Source: Octopus bimaculoides (Eukaryota). From it: a stretch of 54,897 nucleotides of DNA. The notes beneath the pieces were generated by a model. That model saw only the letters and a program-made list of their open reading frames with translations, searched no databases and was not told the DNA's origin. Of the stretch, positions 35,917 through 49,678 are shown one piece after another. Numbering within the stretch: position 1 is the stretch's first letter; each line of letters begins with the position of its first letter. The position numbers and the translations under genes are program-made. Location of the stretch: NCBI RefSeq assembly GCF_001194135.2, contig NC_068985.1, positions 56,377,224 through 56,432,120 on the forward strand, written 5' to 3'.

Positions 35917-36416
35917 TGTATGTATGTATGTATGTATGCATGTTTGTGTGTATGCACGGTAGAATGAGAGTATGAACAGGCAAACAACTGGTATCGTATT
36001 ATGTCATGACATTTATATTTAAACATAATTGCTGAATTGTTACGACAAAGTAGAACATGAGGTGTCCAGAAACTATGAGCATACCTTATTTCCTTATTTC
36101 TTTTGATCAACTCCAATGTAATGATTAAAAAATTATGTGTAAACATAAATGCAATGAGCTAAATCGAAAGTAGTTGTTCGTCTCTTCATAATTTCATTCT
36201 ACTGTACACATACCTACTGTATGATAAACCACCTATAGTCATTCGTTGCTAGACAACTATAATACGTTTGCTATTTGTTTTAGTCGCAGTTCAGGTCGGA
36301 GTTTTAGGTGGTAAGTTAACTTTAGTAGTTATTGTATGAACTTATTACATTACTTCATTAGACACTATGTATGTATGCATGCATCTATATATGTATGTAT
36401 ATATTATGCATGCATC

Positions 36417-36450
<34 letters not shown>

Positions 36451-37099
36451 TGTATGTATGCTTGCATGTATGTATGTATGCATGCATGTTTGTCTGTCTA
36501 TGTCTGTCTGTATGTATCGTATATATGTATGCAAGTAAGTGTGTATGTAAATAAATATGTGTGTATGTACGTATCATATGTAATGTATGTATGCAAGCAT
36601 GTATATGTGTACATGTGTGTGTGTGTGTGTGTATGTGTGTGCATGTGTGTGGTGTGTTTATGTATGTATATCTGTATGCAGTCTGCCATGATAAACACTA
36701 CATTGATTTCAATGATTTTATAGATGTTTAAAAATATTTTGAGATTAATGGTGGAGAGATTAAAGAGAGACTGTGACCCAGACAAGGATTATATAATTTA
36801 TCTTTTCTGACATAAACGGATTAGTAAATATTATACATAAGCAGCCAATTTATACATTATAATTGTTTTGTTTGAAAATATTTTTCTGAATTTAACTTCA
36901 TTTCCGCAGTATTCGATTTTCAGCGGCAGTCATAATGTCATAGTGATTTTGTCTTTATAATAACTCGATGCTGCTCTTCTACGCTGTTCATCAGTGAACT
37001 TCCACGGTTGGAAACTACAGCGAAAGTGACATCGTGGCATTTGGCAACATACAAGCCCTCAGTTGTATCTGGGATGAGAACCTGTTCAGTTCAGTTTCA

Positions 37100-37650
37100 T
37101 TTCTCCCTTGCTTTCGAGCACTTTGGACATTGATACCATAGGTTTCGGTTGGTTTCGGTTTTCTCAGCAACCGGCCATGTGATATTGAATGTTCTCATAT
37201 CGGTTATGAATGTACTGTGCCATGTAGCTTTTGACTTTCCTATTTTCTTTTTGTCTCAAGTAGTATTAATTTGAGAGCTGTTTTAAAATGTTCTGATACC
37301 CTGAGTATGTGACCTACTAGGTTTATTATTCCTTTTGTGAAGATTTCGTTAAGTGGTTTTGTGTTGGCTCTCTTTAGAATGTCATGTCTGTATTAGATAT
37401 GCGTTTTGCCAGTACGTTCTCAGAAATTCTTCTCAAGCATCTTTGGTGTAACATACCTAACTTTCTATAAAACTTCACGGTATTCTTGCATGACTCACTG
37501 GCTTAGAGAATTGTTGGTAAAATTATGCTATTGTAGAGTCAGATGTTTGTGAACCCCGTAGCTAAGATGAAATTCAAATAGATCATTTCTTAGATTATAA
37601 GGTTGTTTCTTGTCAGGCTGTTTCATTGCAGCATTCAATGACAGCGCCTC
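37100..37650 (-). mobile_element. RTE-clade LINE 3' fragment
   Basis: IILPTIL*ASES...HQRCLRRI...RISNTDMLKRANTKPLNEI...LVGHILR. Confidence 0.65.
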
Positions 37651-38802
37651 TCTGATCTACATTCTATCAACAGTTATGTATCTAAAGATTTAGTTATGAC
37701 TCCACAAAACTTCTGAATATTAACGAACGATTTGCTGTTGAGCGTAGTAATAATCATAGTTCTGAAAATGCCACCACTCTTGAAACTTCCTCATTCAACT
37801 GCCAAGAGGTGTCCTTCACGTGGAACATAGATAGGTCCTTACAAATCGGTTCTGTCATGATCAAATAGTATGCACTAATGGAAACGTGACAATTGTCTTG
37901 GTCAGAATCTCCCTTTAATCTATGCATCACTAATCTCTAAACATCATTAAATATCTACAAACCATAGAAATCATAGTGTCAAACACGAGGGGTTTTGTAT
38001 ACACTTAGTGCATGCATGATTATGCATGCACATACACTGATATATGTGCATAAATACACACTCATACATATATGTATACGTACACTCAAGCACATATACT
38101 CGCACATGCAGATATACAAAAATGCAAAGATACAATCATTACACATACCAAGTAAGCACACTTGAATTACTCCATATGTTTGAAGAAATCAGAGCTAAAG
38201 ACCTCACAGTACACAAGAAAGCTTAAACTCCCCAATTTCTGATAATTTCTCTTGGAGATGCCAGAATCTTATAAAAACTAACGTTAGTCTTTAGAGATAC
38301 TCAACTTTTCAACTCTCACGACGTATTAACTCCCTTTAAAGTTCATGTAAAATCCACAATAAATTATCATTTACGTATGTTGGACAGTGCTGCTATTACA
38401 CACATGCACACACTTGAACACACACGTACAAACACTAGAACACATACACATGATACCTAAAAAACACACTTTCTTACACACACAAATAGAAGCTCACACA
38501 TACAAGCTCACACATATAAGCTCACACACACAAGCTTACAGACAAAAACTACACACACAAACCCACATACACAAACTCTCATATACAAGCTCACACACCC
38601 AAGCTCACATATACAACACACTTATAAGCACACACACAAGCACAGAACACGTTCACAATCCATAGACATCTAAATGAAAACTATTCAATAAATCTGTAAG
38701 GGTTCACTCAGTAACCAGTCACAACAAAGAGACACTGTTTATTTATTCTTTCTTCTAATCGTTTCATTATAGAGTTCAAGTATTGGTTTCTTAACACAAG
38801 AA

Positions 38803-38950
38803 CAAAGCTTTAAATTTGAGGTAGCTGTATAATTCATTATACTGATCCCAGTACTTGATTGCTTCTACCTTTTATCGACAAAAAAGGCTGAAAAAGCAAA
38901 GCTGATTTGGGCGTTATTTGAACTCTGAACATACAGTGCCTTAAATACAA
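38803..38950 (-). mobile_element. SINE family B, degraded
   Basis: GATCCCAGTACTTGATT...TTTATCGAC...ATTTGAACTCTGAAC. Confidence 0.55.
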
Positions 38951-39503
38951 AACTGTTGATTCAGTAAATCTACCGACATCTATAATGACCGATATATACA
39001 ACATTATTAGATCGATATCACTTGTAAATTAACCAGAAAGACAGGATAATTATAGCTGGATTACCTTTGATCAGAGAGCTGTTTTACCAGGATCGGCATA
39101 TGAGACGTACAACAACAACTCGGAGTCACAACACTTCATACCTTAGCAATTTTCTGAGAACTAGAATATTTTCTCATCTATCCGTTGACTTGTGGCTGCT
39201 CTTCCAGATTTTTCTTTCATCTCAAGCAGTGAACCACGAACATCAGTGAAAATAATGTCGAAATAATTAGCCTGAAATTGAGCGATCATTTTTCATGTGA
39301 CAGCGTAATGGAATTTCGTTTTAATATTTTGTGTTGAGTTAGGCAACATATGTTTCTCAGATGATCAATGAAATAATAGTTTATTGATCAAATATGATAC
39401 TTCAACATCCATTCATCAAAAATTTAATATCATATAACTGGTAAGTCATATATTAAAGTGTTTCTCTGTATCTATCTATTAATCAATCTGTACACACACA
39501 CAC

Positions 39504-39542
<39 letters not shown>

Positions 39543-40199
39543 GCACATATATATATACACACAAAAACTCATATAGACAGAAGGAAACGAAGTACCAACA
39601 CCATGTGATTTTTGTTTGAAAAACATGCGCACGTCCAGAAATGGTATCATAAAAGATTTATTTAATTCAGCACAATTTATTTTTCCCTTTTATTCCAACT
39701 TAATTAAATTGTCTTTTCATGTAATTGAAACCGGTAGCATATTGGGATACAAATATAAATACTTACTTGGTTTTATCTATGATAAATTTCATGAAAGCTT
39801 TTCTTCTTGTTTTTTAATACAAATTTATTCGTTTTNNNNNNNNNNNNNNNNNNNNNNNNNNNNNNNNNNNNNNNNNNNNNNNNNNNNNNNNNNNNNNNNN
39901 NNNNNNNNNNNNNNNNNNNNNNNNNNNNNNNNNNNNNNNNNNNNNNNNNNNNNNNNNNNNNNNNNNNNNNNNNNNNNNNNNNNNNNNNNNNNNNNNNNNN
40001 NNNNNNNNNNNNNNNNNNNNNNNNNNNNNNNNNNNNNNNNNNNNNNNNNNNNNNNNNNNNNNNNNNNNNNNNNNNNNNNNNNNNNNNNNNNNNNNNNNNN
40101 NNNNNNNNNNNNNNNNNATATATATATATATATATATACTGTCTCTGACTCCCTCTCTCTCTCTTTCTCTCTCTCTTTCTTTCTCCCCCTCCCCCTCTC

Positions 40200-41270
40200 T
40201 CTCTCTAGAAAGGAACACGAGGAAATGAACAGAGAGAGAATAAAAGCACTCGTGGAATTTGCAGTCGATCATGGCGACTGATTGAACACAAGTAGTGAAA
40301 CAGGAGAGCTGGGAATAAGGGGAGATAATAAAATACTGGCGATCCCAAAACGAAGGTGCGGGTGCATATGCGTATGTGAGAGTGTCTAAGTGTGTACGTG
40401 TCGATAAGGGCTGTTGACTTCGACGTGTTGATGTGTGCATGTGTGTGTCTGTAATATGTGGGTNNNNNNNNNNNNNNNNNNNNNNNNNNNNNNNNNNNNN
40501 NNNNNNNNNNNNNNNNNNNNNNNNNNNNNNNNNNNNNNNNNNNNNNNNNNNNNNNNNNNNNNNNNNNNNNNNNNNNNNNNNNNNNNNGGGGTATCAATGA
40601 ACGGAAAAGGTCGGTAGGAGTGAAGAGAGGAAGTAGGTGTAAGAGCAAGAGTGGAGAGGAAGTGTGTCAGATAAAGAGGGGAGGGGAGTTGAGCCCATAT
40701 GACGCAAAAGAGTGAAGAGGCGGGATTCCGATGGCTCCTGTGCAAAGACAGTCCGAATACAGACGTGCTGTAATGAATGAATGTAATGAATGACCGGTAG
40801 AGCGAAAATGGCGCGAGACTCGGGTGTCATTGCCGAGTTTAATGTCTCGGAGGTGGTCTGCGAACTGGTCAGCCAAGCAGCGTCCCGTTTGATCGATGTA
40901 CAGAGAAGGACAGAAAGAGTAGGAGATGCAGTAAATGACGTTGCTAGAAGTGCAGGTAAAGGAGTCAGTGATATGATAGGGACGATGATGAGTGCCTGTG
41001 AAGATGGTGGTGTTGGAGAGGTAGGGGCAAGTGCGGCAGCGTGGGTGGGAACAGGGGAACGAGCAAGATTGGGAGGTAAGGTTAGGGAAGAAACTGTTGA
41101 CCAGGAGGTCACGTAGGTTGTGAGTTCGTTTGAAGGAGGGAAAGGGTACGTTGGGGATGATGTGCGAAGTGGAGTGTCGGAGAAATGCGTCCAAATGGCT
41201 TTAGCTGAAAAGAGTTGGTCAGCGGGGTTAGTAGAATACTGAATGGACACAGGCCTAAGTTCGATGAACA
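40200..41270 (-). mobile_element. Penelope-like element 3' part: GIY-YIG endonuclease plus terminal repeat
   Basis: ORF 40667-41194 reads CSHPRCRTC...FTCTSSNVIYCISYSFCPSLYIDQTGRCLADQFADHLRDI, the PLE GIY-YIG with its upstream Cys motif. Confidence 0.88.
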
Positions 41271-41921
41271 GATCTAGACCCTTGTGTTAGGTTATGTGTT
41301 TTAAGCTCCGAAACAACTAGCTATCCCAGAATACAACACCGAGTGTGTGTCCACGCATTGTATCTTTAGATAAACTGAACAGCAGCCAAGCAATACATAC
41401 ATCTAACACACCTTCATTCTTGACTGAGACTCGATGTTATATCAAAACAACAGTCAGCATATCGGAGATGGCTTCTAATGTTGAAATATTTCCATTATAG
41501 AAACGCTTTTGGTTTAAAAAAGAATATGGATTTAGATTTAGCGATTTCTTTTACTTATGTAATATCTTAGATCGATATTTCTCAACTGAAAATAGTCAAA
41601 AGATCTCTCTAAATTTCGTAAGTTTTAAAAATAGTGCTTTTACAAATATAACAACGTTTGCTATAAACTTTTACAGTCATACTTAGGAATTGTTTTAGAC
41701 GTGTGGCAAATATAATTTCCAAAGTTGTTTTAAAACTTTGTTTCATTGACATATGTAAATTAAAAATGAAGGCAGTTCTAAACATTAATAGTTTTATCAT
41801 TAATAATTTATAGTTCACTTGCCTAGACATATTGTTTATATATGTTTGTGTGCGCAAGCGTATGCGTGTGTATGCACACATATGCGTGTATATGCACACA
41901 TATGCGTGTATATATATATAT

Positions 41922-42021
<100 letters not shown>

Positions 42022-42044
42022 NNNNNNNNNNAGTTAAACACTCA

Positions 42045-42089
<45 letters not shown>

Positions 42090-42214
42090 GTATATTTATA
42101 TATATATATATATATGTATATGTATATACATATATATATGTATGTATGCATGTATACATGTATTTTTATACGTTTGTGCATATGTATTTTGTATATATGC
42201 ATGTGTGTATATAT

Positions 42215-42609
42215 AAGTAAAGTTACTCGCCAGATTAATATGGCTGTTTTATGTTACTACTAGTTTAACCCCAGGCAGATTTTTCACCAGCTGGTTATAG
42301 ATGAACCCTTCACTCTGTATATATATATATATATATATTGCCAGCAGGGGAGATAACCCCTACCATCCTCAAGCACATGTGGTGTTCCCGACCAGGTGTT
42401 TCCAACTGAGGATGAGCAAACTAGCTCCAAACAAAATCGCTCTCACGATTCTGTCGTCTGCCGGAGGATGGTAGGGGTTCGCACCCTTGCTGCCAATATA
42501 TATGTACAGGGCGCACGGTGCACCTATAACCAACTGGCGGAATATCTGCCAGGGGTTAAAAAAGTAGCAACATTGAACAGCCACATTGATGTGGCGATTA
42601 ACTTTACTT
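42215..42609. mobile_element. Foldback/MITE-like palindrome (arms 42215-42370 and 42464-42609)
   Basis: The arms align as reverse complements at about 80% by eye. Each contains a (TA)n tract of different length. Spacer is 93 bp. Confidence 0.75.
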
Positions 42610-42676
42610 GTTAGTATAGTTATTAATCTCATCTCTTACTGCAATTTTACAATTTGCTAGTTTGTTTATGTATATA

Positions 42677-43489
42677 CAGCGTGCGATGGGTAAATTGTCG
42701 CCATTTTATAATTTTAATTTCACGCATGTGCATTGTTTGTTTTTGATTTTGTCGACTACACAGTATAGTTGGGTCAGTTAGGCACCGTCCGTGAGAAAAC
42801 CAGCATTCGCACCGGAAGCTCCAATACGAACGTTGCAGAGTGTCTGGGTGTCAATCTGAGGACAGTGCATGTACCAAGAATGATAAAAATCAAACAACAA
42901 GTGACATCATGGTGTTTAGAGTGATCACTAGTAATGACGACGTTATGCCTCCATTCCCACACGGCCTCACACTCAACACGGAGCCTACATCAAGAGCCTG
43001 GTGGAGTTAGTGCTGCCCTTAGTCAAGAGCGTCGCTGCTGGAAGACACTATGTCTGGCATCTGGTCTCTGCACCATGCAACTGAGGCAGGAGAACCCAGT
43101 CATAACTGTCAGACAATTTCTGCGACCACGTCACCCCTAATATCTGGCCACCTAACTCCCCAGACCGAAACCACCTTGATTATTGTGTATGGGGCGCAGT
43201 TGTGCAATAGACTAACAAAACTTCTTGTAACACCAAAGATGAACTGAAGGGAAGAATTATGGCAGCATTCACCAACTTAAACAAGGGGACCGTTCAGGAG
43301 AGTTGCAGAAGATTCTGAAGTCGTCTGGAGGTCGTGGTTGAAGCCAATGGCGATTTTATTGAATACATTTGCTCTTTAGTATTTCAAGATATTTTTACGT
43401 AATTGTGGTAAATATATATGTTAAAATGAAATGTCAGTGTTATTTTCATTTTTGCGTAATTTACAGGACAATATATTCACTGTACCCTG
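42677..43489 (+). mobile_element. Tc1/mariner (maT/DD37D-like) internally deleted element, TA TSD
   Basis: Imperfect TIRs TA|CAGCGTGCG...AAATTGTC and GACAATATA...CCCTG|TA. Translation reads DDVMPP...YVWH...NIWPPNSPDRNHLDYCVWG...RRF*SRLEVVVEANGDFIE. Confidence 0.8.
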
Positions 43490-43639
43490 TATATCTATAT
43501 ATTACTAAATGTGACTAGGGTGTTTCTTAAAACACCTACATTATAAGAAATACGAGCTAAAATGATCTAATGCTGTAGTTAACGCTCATGAATGAAAACA
43601 TATACACTAACAGGGACCAGAATCGTCCTAAAAATGTCG

Positions 43640-45390
43640 ATGGAGAATTATGTAGTCTTCGAATTAGCTTTCTCCTTTCTGATTTTGAGAAGCCTAATTT
43701 CTCAAAATCTGTAGTCTTCGGATTAGCTTTCTCTTTTCTGATTCTGAGAAGCCTAATTTCTCAAGATTGGTATTTAGGCAGCGTGTTACATACCCCAGGG
43801 CCCCAATAATTACAGGTATGAACCTGAACTTGTAATCTGGATAGAGTAACTGTAGATTTTTCAATAGTTCTCTTTTTCACTGATCTTCAGCTTTATGTTA
43901 AAATGGGCTGGGCAGCTAATTTCCATAAATGTACATAGTTTCTCTTCTCTATTCCAAATCATTATATCAGGTTTGATGTGCTTACATTTTATTGAGGCTT
44001 TCACTGGGACATTCCACCAGTATTCCTTTTTATTATGAGTTGCTATGGTTATTACCATATTGTGGGTTCTTATTTCTTTGTCATCGGGATTATCCTTCCG
44101 ACAGATTTCATTATGGGGTGTCCTAGCTACAACGTCATGTCTCATCGGTATATAATACTGTGATGACATATTCGGTCAACTGCTTATGATGTGGGTGATA
44201 TCTTCAATGTGAACCCCACAAAGTCTGCATCAATTTTCACATTTTACTGCTTTTCCTGCATCCGTATCCCATTTGTGCATCAGGTACTTGGTTGATATTT
44301 CCCGTTCCTGGATTGTAGATGCACACCCTTCAAAGTGGGGGGTAGTAACCCGGCTATTGGTCCCCGATAAACTGCTTTGATGATCGATGTTATTATCATC
44401 TCGGAGCTTTCGACTAATATATCCATACATAGTTTCTGTTCATATAGGCTCATCCTTTCATTTGCTGATACATTGCGATAGAGTCGTGCGACTTCTTTGG
44501 GCATGTATTCTAGGTTATCAGACAAAGAATGTTACTCAAGGAGCTGCCTTCTAAGTCTTATGGTGTTATCAGCCTCATGTATGCAAACTTGGTCAAGGGA
44601 TGCACCTCGACACTTGGTGGTAAAAAAGACGTTGCCGAAGGGATATGATGCGACATTCAAAGGTATTTTGGATGGATGTTAAGCCTCTGCCGCCTTGCTT
44701 TCGTTTTAGATTGCGGTGGTCTACGCCACTGTTTATGTGGAAATCATGTATGCTTGTTAGTATTTTCTGGTTTTCACATCAATGGCTTGGATCTAATCAA
44801 ACGTTCAATCAAGCAGCACAAATGCTGGTTGAAGTACTGGCACTGCAAACACATTGCAGACCACTGTTTTATTGAACGCAGAGAGTTCTGAGGTTCAAAG
44901 ATTCTTTATTCGATTGTAATATTCTTTAGTGACACGTGTTTTGTACAGGTGCCATAGTAAGATATGTTTTCATCAACCCCTAGCTACCTGTAACATTCCT
45001 TGTCAGATACGGAGGAAACAGTCAAGTCATTGATTGAGATGTTACTAGTCTAGTTTATAGGTTTCCCCCCTTTTCAAAACCTTATAACAACATTTATCCT
45101 GACCAAACTCCAACCCTACATCATTTGAGAATGTTGTAACTAGGTCAAAGCTCTTTTTCATCATGTTCTTTTCATGAATTATTAAGTCATCCACAAAGAA
45201 ACTGTGTAATTTTGGTATTTCTGTTTCCTTGTGAACCAGTGAGATATTCTTCAGACTTCCTTAACACGAATAACAAAGGGTTTTACAGAAGGTATAAACA
45301 TCACAGAGAGGTTGTCTCCTTGGAATATGCCTTTTGGATACTGTATTCTATCAGTGATAATACAGTCAGTCGACTATGATCACTGGAATT
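43640..45390 (-). mobile_element. R4/Dong-clade RLE non-LTR retrotransposon fragment, copy 1
   Basis: GIFQGDNLS, FFVDDL, CRLCG..EDITHIISS, MRHDVV, KPDIMIW and EISCP. Colinear with 50830-52520. Confidence 0.85.
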
Positions 45391-45427
45391 ATGTATGTAT
45401 GTATGTATGTATGTATGTATGTATGTA
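45391..45427. repeat. (ATGT)n microsatellite at the 5' side of R4 copy 1
   Basis: Read directly. Confidence 0.95.
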
Positions 45428-45454
45428 TACATACCAGGTTGTCGAGTGCCATAT

Positions 45455-45622
45455 CCGGTAAGTTCACCGTCATCAATTCATCGTTTTTCTTTTAAATAAA
45501 TAGTTTTTAACTATTAATGGTGAGATACTACGGATATATTTTCTCGGTAAACTTTCCACGCAGTGAACCTTTCTCACGGTGAACTTTCTTCACGGTGAAT
45601 TGATGGTGATTGAGCTTACCTG
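45455..45622. mobile_element. MITE-like element with ~30-bp imperfect TIRs and CACGGTGAA subrepeats
   Basis: C.GGTAAGTTCA..GTCATCAATTCATCGT pairs with ACGGTGAATTGATGGTGATTGAGCTTACCTG. Confidence 0.5.
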
Positions 45623-46656
45623 TAATCGACGAGCGCCAGTAGAAAGAAACGAACCGTTTTTAGCAATATAGGGGAACTACCAAGGTTTTAGGTACTAGAG
45701 ATCAGATAGTAANNNNNNNNNNATATATATATATATATATACTCCTATACGATTACTAGCCGTCTAGTATGGTGTATTTCTGGTAGTTCCTATATATTGG
45801 TATATAATTTTTCACTACCACCTTGTGAATCATACTTGGGTGGCTAAATAACTTATCCATGTAAATCCAGCACTAATATATAATTAATTATTCATCATTT
45901 ATATTCATGCATTACACCTGTCTATGCTATTAAGATGTAGTGACGACAATATTTTATCTTGTACCTGTCAATATACTTAAGGTATATAGTAGTAGACAGA
46001 ATTATGCATTGCGTCTTTCTGGGTCCTTAACTTATAATATGGTAGCAAACGATAATCACAACAGAACGAAACATGAAACGTCGTACATGATACCTAGTAC
46101 GTAGTAGATACATACATAATACGTAATATATACATACATACATACATGGTGCTAAATTTAGCCCTACATACAGGGCTAAATTTTCTTGCATTTCTGTTTT
46201 CTTGTTTTCGCTGGTACAGTGCGTGGGTTTTTTTTTTCCATAGATTAAAATTGTCCCCTAACAGTAAGAACGTCAAACTCAGTGACGAGTAACAAGGTTT
46301 CCTATTTCTGAAAACTCAATGTCGCGCTTCTTCAAAGTGGGTTTGAACCGAGCCTTGAATAGATCCATTTGTCCTCCAGCCAGTTGTTGACCATAGTTTA
46401 ACTGAAATTAGAAGACAAAATCCTACATGAAACATGTTGGGGATCTATCCTAATGAACCATCCTCACTCGTATGGATTCAATGCTATGGCTATTGATTCG
46501 ATAGAATATTTCAGTGCGCGTAATTCTGCCTCGTTTCCTTCGCTTGGGGACAGAAATGACCTTCTGGAGGACCTTGTACCTTTGAAGGAATGTTTACTGG
46601 AAAAATAATAAAAAGTATGTACATATATATGTATTTATCATATTTCTCTGTCCTTC

Positions 46657-46711
<55 letters not shown>

Positions 46712-46933
46712 NNNNNNNNNNNNNNNNNNNNNNNNNNNNNNNNNNNNNNNNNNNNNNNNNNNNNNNNNNNNNNNNNNNNNNNNNNNNNNNNNNNNNNNNN
46801 NNNNNNNNNNNNNNNNNNNNNNNNNNNNNNNNNNNNNNNNNNNNNNNNNNNNNNNNNNNNNNNNNNNNNNNNNNNNNNNNNNNNNNNNNNNNNNNNNNNN
46901 NNNNNNNNNNNNNNNNNNNNNNNNNNNNNNNNN

Positions 46934-46971
<38 letters not shown>

Positions 46972-47614
46972 GTATATGCTGCATATCTAGTGAACATACA
47001 GCAATGTTAAAGTAGCTTCCATCAAGAACTTTGTCGTCGCTCCTTTCACAATAATAGACTAATAAAAAGGAACTTGAGTATCGAAAGCTTTGGCCAAAAT
47101 AATATGCAAATGAATATTAATTTCTTCCTAAATCAATTCCTGGTTGGATTTCCGTTTGATGTTTCGTCAAACCAATATTTCACATTCTGCTACCCCTCCC
47201 AACCCTAATGTCACAACAACTATCGATTATTGATCATATTGTCATTGATCTTATAAAATTGCCGTTGAGTCATTTATTGATACTGGGCAAAAGAAAAATG
47301 GCGACTGATTTAAATTCGATCGCAATGGTCGCTGTGGTAATAATTAACACGGGAATTAGATTAGTCTGCAACAATAGTGAATAGAAAAGATTGCATTATG
47401 TGAGTGGTTATTTGGTACGATTTCGACGAGTCTAATATTAAAAATATAAAAAGAATTCAAACACAAATCTCCCCCACCGAAAATCTATAATAATCATTTC
47501 TTTTTATAATGTATCACTGAGGTCGTATGTCAATTTATAATGGTTGATATGATTTCTTCCGTAGGCGTAAAGTCGCTGCTTGGTAACTATTTAGCTTGAA
47601 AGAGTATCATTCTA

Positions 47615-47915
47615 TCATTTATCTTTTACTTCATTCAGTCATTGGATTGCGGCCATGCTGGGATACCTTTGTGAACAAATTTATCCCAGGCTTTATTTTC
47701 AAGTCTGGCACTTAATCTTTTCTTACCAAACCGCTATGTCCTCCACTTGTTTATCAAACTAACAGGTTTACACACAGTTTCCGTCCATCAACTTCAATAA
47801 CAAGTCATTAGTCGGCTCGGAGCTATGGTAGAAGACACTTGCCGAAGATTTCGTGCTGTGGGACAACACCCAAATCCACATTGTTGCAAAGTAACCTTTT
47901 TGATAACACAGCCAT
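47615..47915 (-). mobile_element. SINE family A
   Basis: CAGTCATTGGATTGCGGCCATGCTGG, CAGTTTCCGTC, GGTAGAAGACACTTGCC and ACACAGCCA. Confidence 0.75.
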
Positions 47916-48199
47916 GTAAAATTTTGATATTTATATCCATCTCAAATTTGGTGGAAATAAAATATGATGAATTTATTTCCATTTTTTTTCCAGCAGAGTG
48001 TATAGAGCTCATGGTAATTATTCTATTCAATCTCATCACTTTATTCCAAGCTGTAGCGTTCTGATGGATTATATGGTGAGAAGACAGATGTTGTACTCAT
48101 GTAAACGAAGGAGCCTGTTGCACTCGCCCATTTTGCCAACAAACATTAACCAAATCTCCCTCAAATTTCACAGGCTGTGGCCATGCTGGATCACTTCCA

Positions 48200-48572
48200 T
48201 TTTTATTACTTGATTCAGTCATTGGACTGCAGCCATCCTGGGGTAACGCCTTGAAGGCTTTTAGTCGAATCAAATCAATTTCATGTCTGATATTTACTCT
48301 ATCGGCCTCTTTTGCCGAACTGTTAAGTTACGAGGACATAAGCAAACCAACGCTGGTTCTCAAGCGGTGATGGGGAAGGGGCAAATACGGGCACAAAGAC
48401 ACACTGACATATGCAACAAGTTTTCACACAGTTTCCGATTTTCTAATTCACTCACAATACATTGATTGGTACGGGGGTTTAGTAAAAGACACTTGTCAAG
48501 ATGCCACGCAGTAGGACTGAACCTAAAATCCCGTGGTTGCAAAGTGAGCTTCTTTACCATATAGCCTTGCAT
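48200..48572 (-). mobile_element. SINE family A, full length
   Basis: All family A blocks present, from CAGTCATTGGACTGCAGCC to GGACTGAACC...ACCATATAGCC. Confidence 0.78.
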
Positions 48573-49133
48573 GCGCTTTACATAATCATAGATACACAGG
48601 GTCAGCAAAAAATGAAGGACTGATCATCATTGTATCTGCATTTATTTGAGATTAAACATCATTACTACTACCACCAAGATATTTTAATTTTTAGTTTCTC
48701 CTCTGCAGAGACGAGAGTCAAAAGGTTCTGCAATGTTATAAGGAAACAGTGAACTTACAGTGTCTAATTTGTCTATAACATCAAGTTCTTTTTCCTGTTA
48801 AGTACTACAATTACGGGATCAAATTTCTCTTAAATGTTCTCTTCCACTCCTCTCTACCTTTTCTTTTCTCTTTCCTCTCTTCCACTTCTCTCTTCTCTCT
48901 TTCCTCTCTCCGCTCGTTTCCCTTCCCGTTAGTGAAGATACTACACTTAGCTATCATTCAATTAACTAATAAACTATCCATGGCGTGTATGCTAGTTTGT
49001 AGAGTTTGCGGTATTGTACTTTTTGTAAATACATTGTAAATGATGGAAGTCATTATATATTAATACTGTTAGGAGTACTTTCATTCAATACGAATGATAG
49101 AAATGCAATTTTAAACACTATAACAACAACAAC

Positions 49134-49209
<76 letters not shown>

Positions 49210-49621
49210 AGGTTAAGAACATAAATATATATTAAGTCTTATGAAGGCATTGTGAAATGGGAAATAAAAAGAAAATCTGTTTAAAACGTTTTGGAAATAT
49301 ATATGGAAAGTTAAAGACTCTCTTACTGATTATAAATATTTTATAACGATACACACTTTGATATGTTCAATTCTTTATCTTCGCATATTCTTTTCCATAT
49401 AGCAGAATGTTCCAATAAATAAATGTACATTATAAACATTCGCACTCATTAATTTTTAAGTTCAGTACTAATCCACGCAAGCTGTTGGTACTCACATCAT
49501 AAGCAACAACAGGTATTCATTTTAACTTTCATACATATTTCAATATAATCTTGTTATATCTGTTTCTCTCATTTCTTTCCCTCTGGTCACACTCAGATTT
49601 TCAGTACCTTTTTTTATCCCT

Positions 49622-49678
<57 letters not shown>

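Noticed and set aside
40594-41250. 218-aa Ser/Thr/Pro-rich ORF and the 108-aa plus-strand ORF at 40790-41116
   Set aside because: These are alternative and antisense frames of the PLE GIY-YIG region.
41283-41410. TGTGTTAG...CTAACACA as a solo LTR
   Set aside because: Only 128 bp, flanks do not form an exact TSD, and no PBS or PPT is present.
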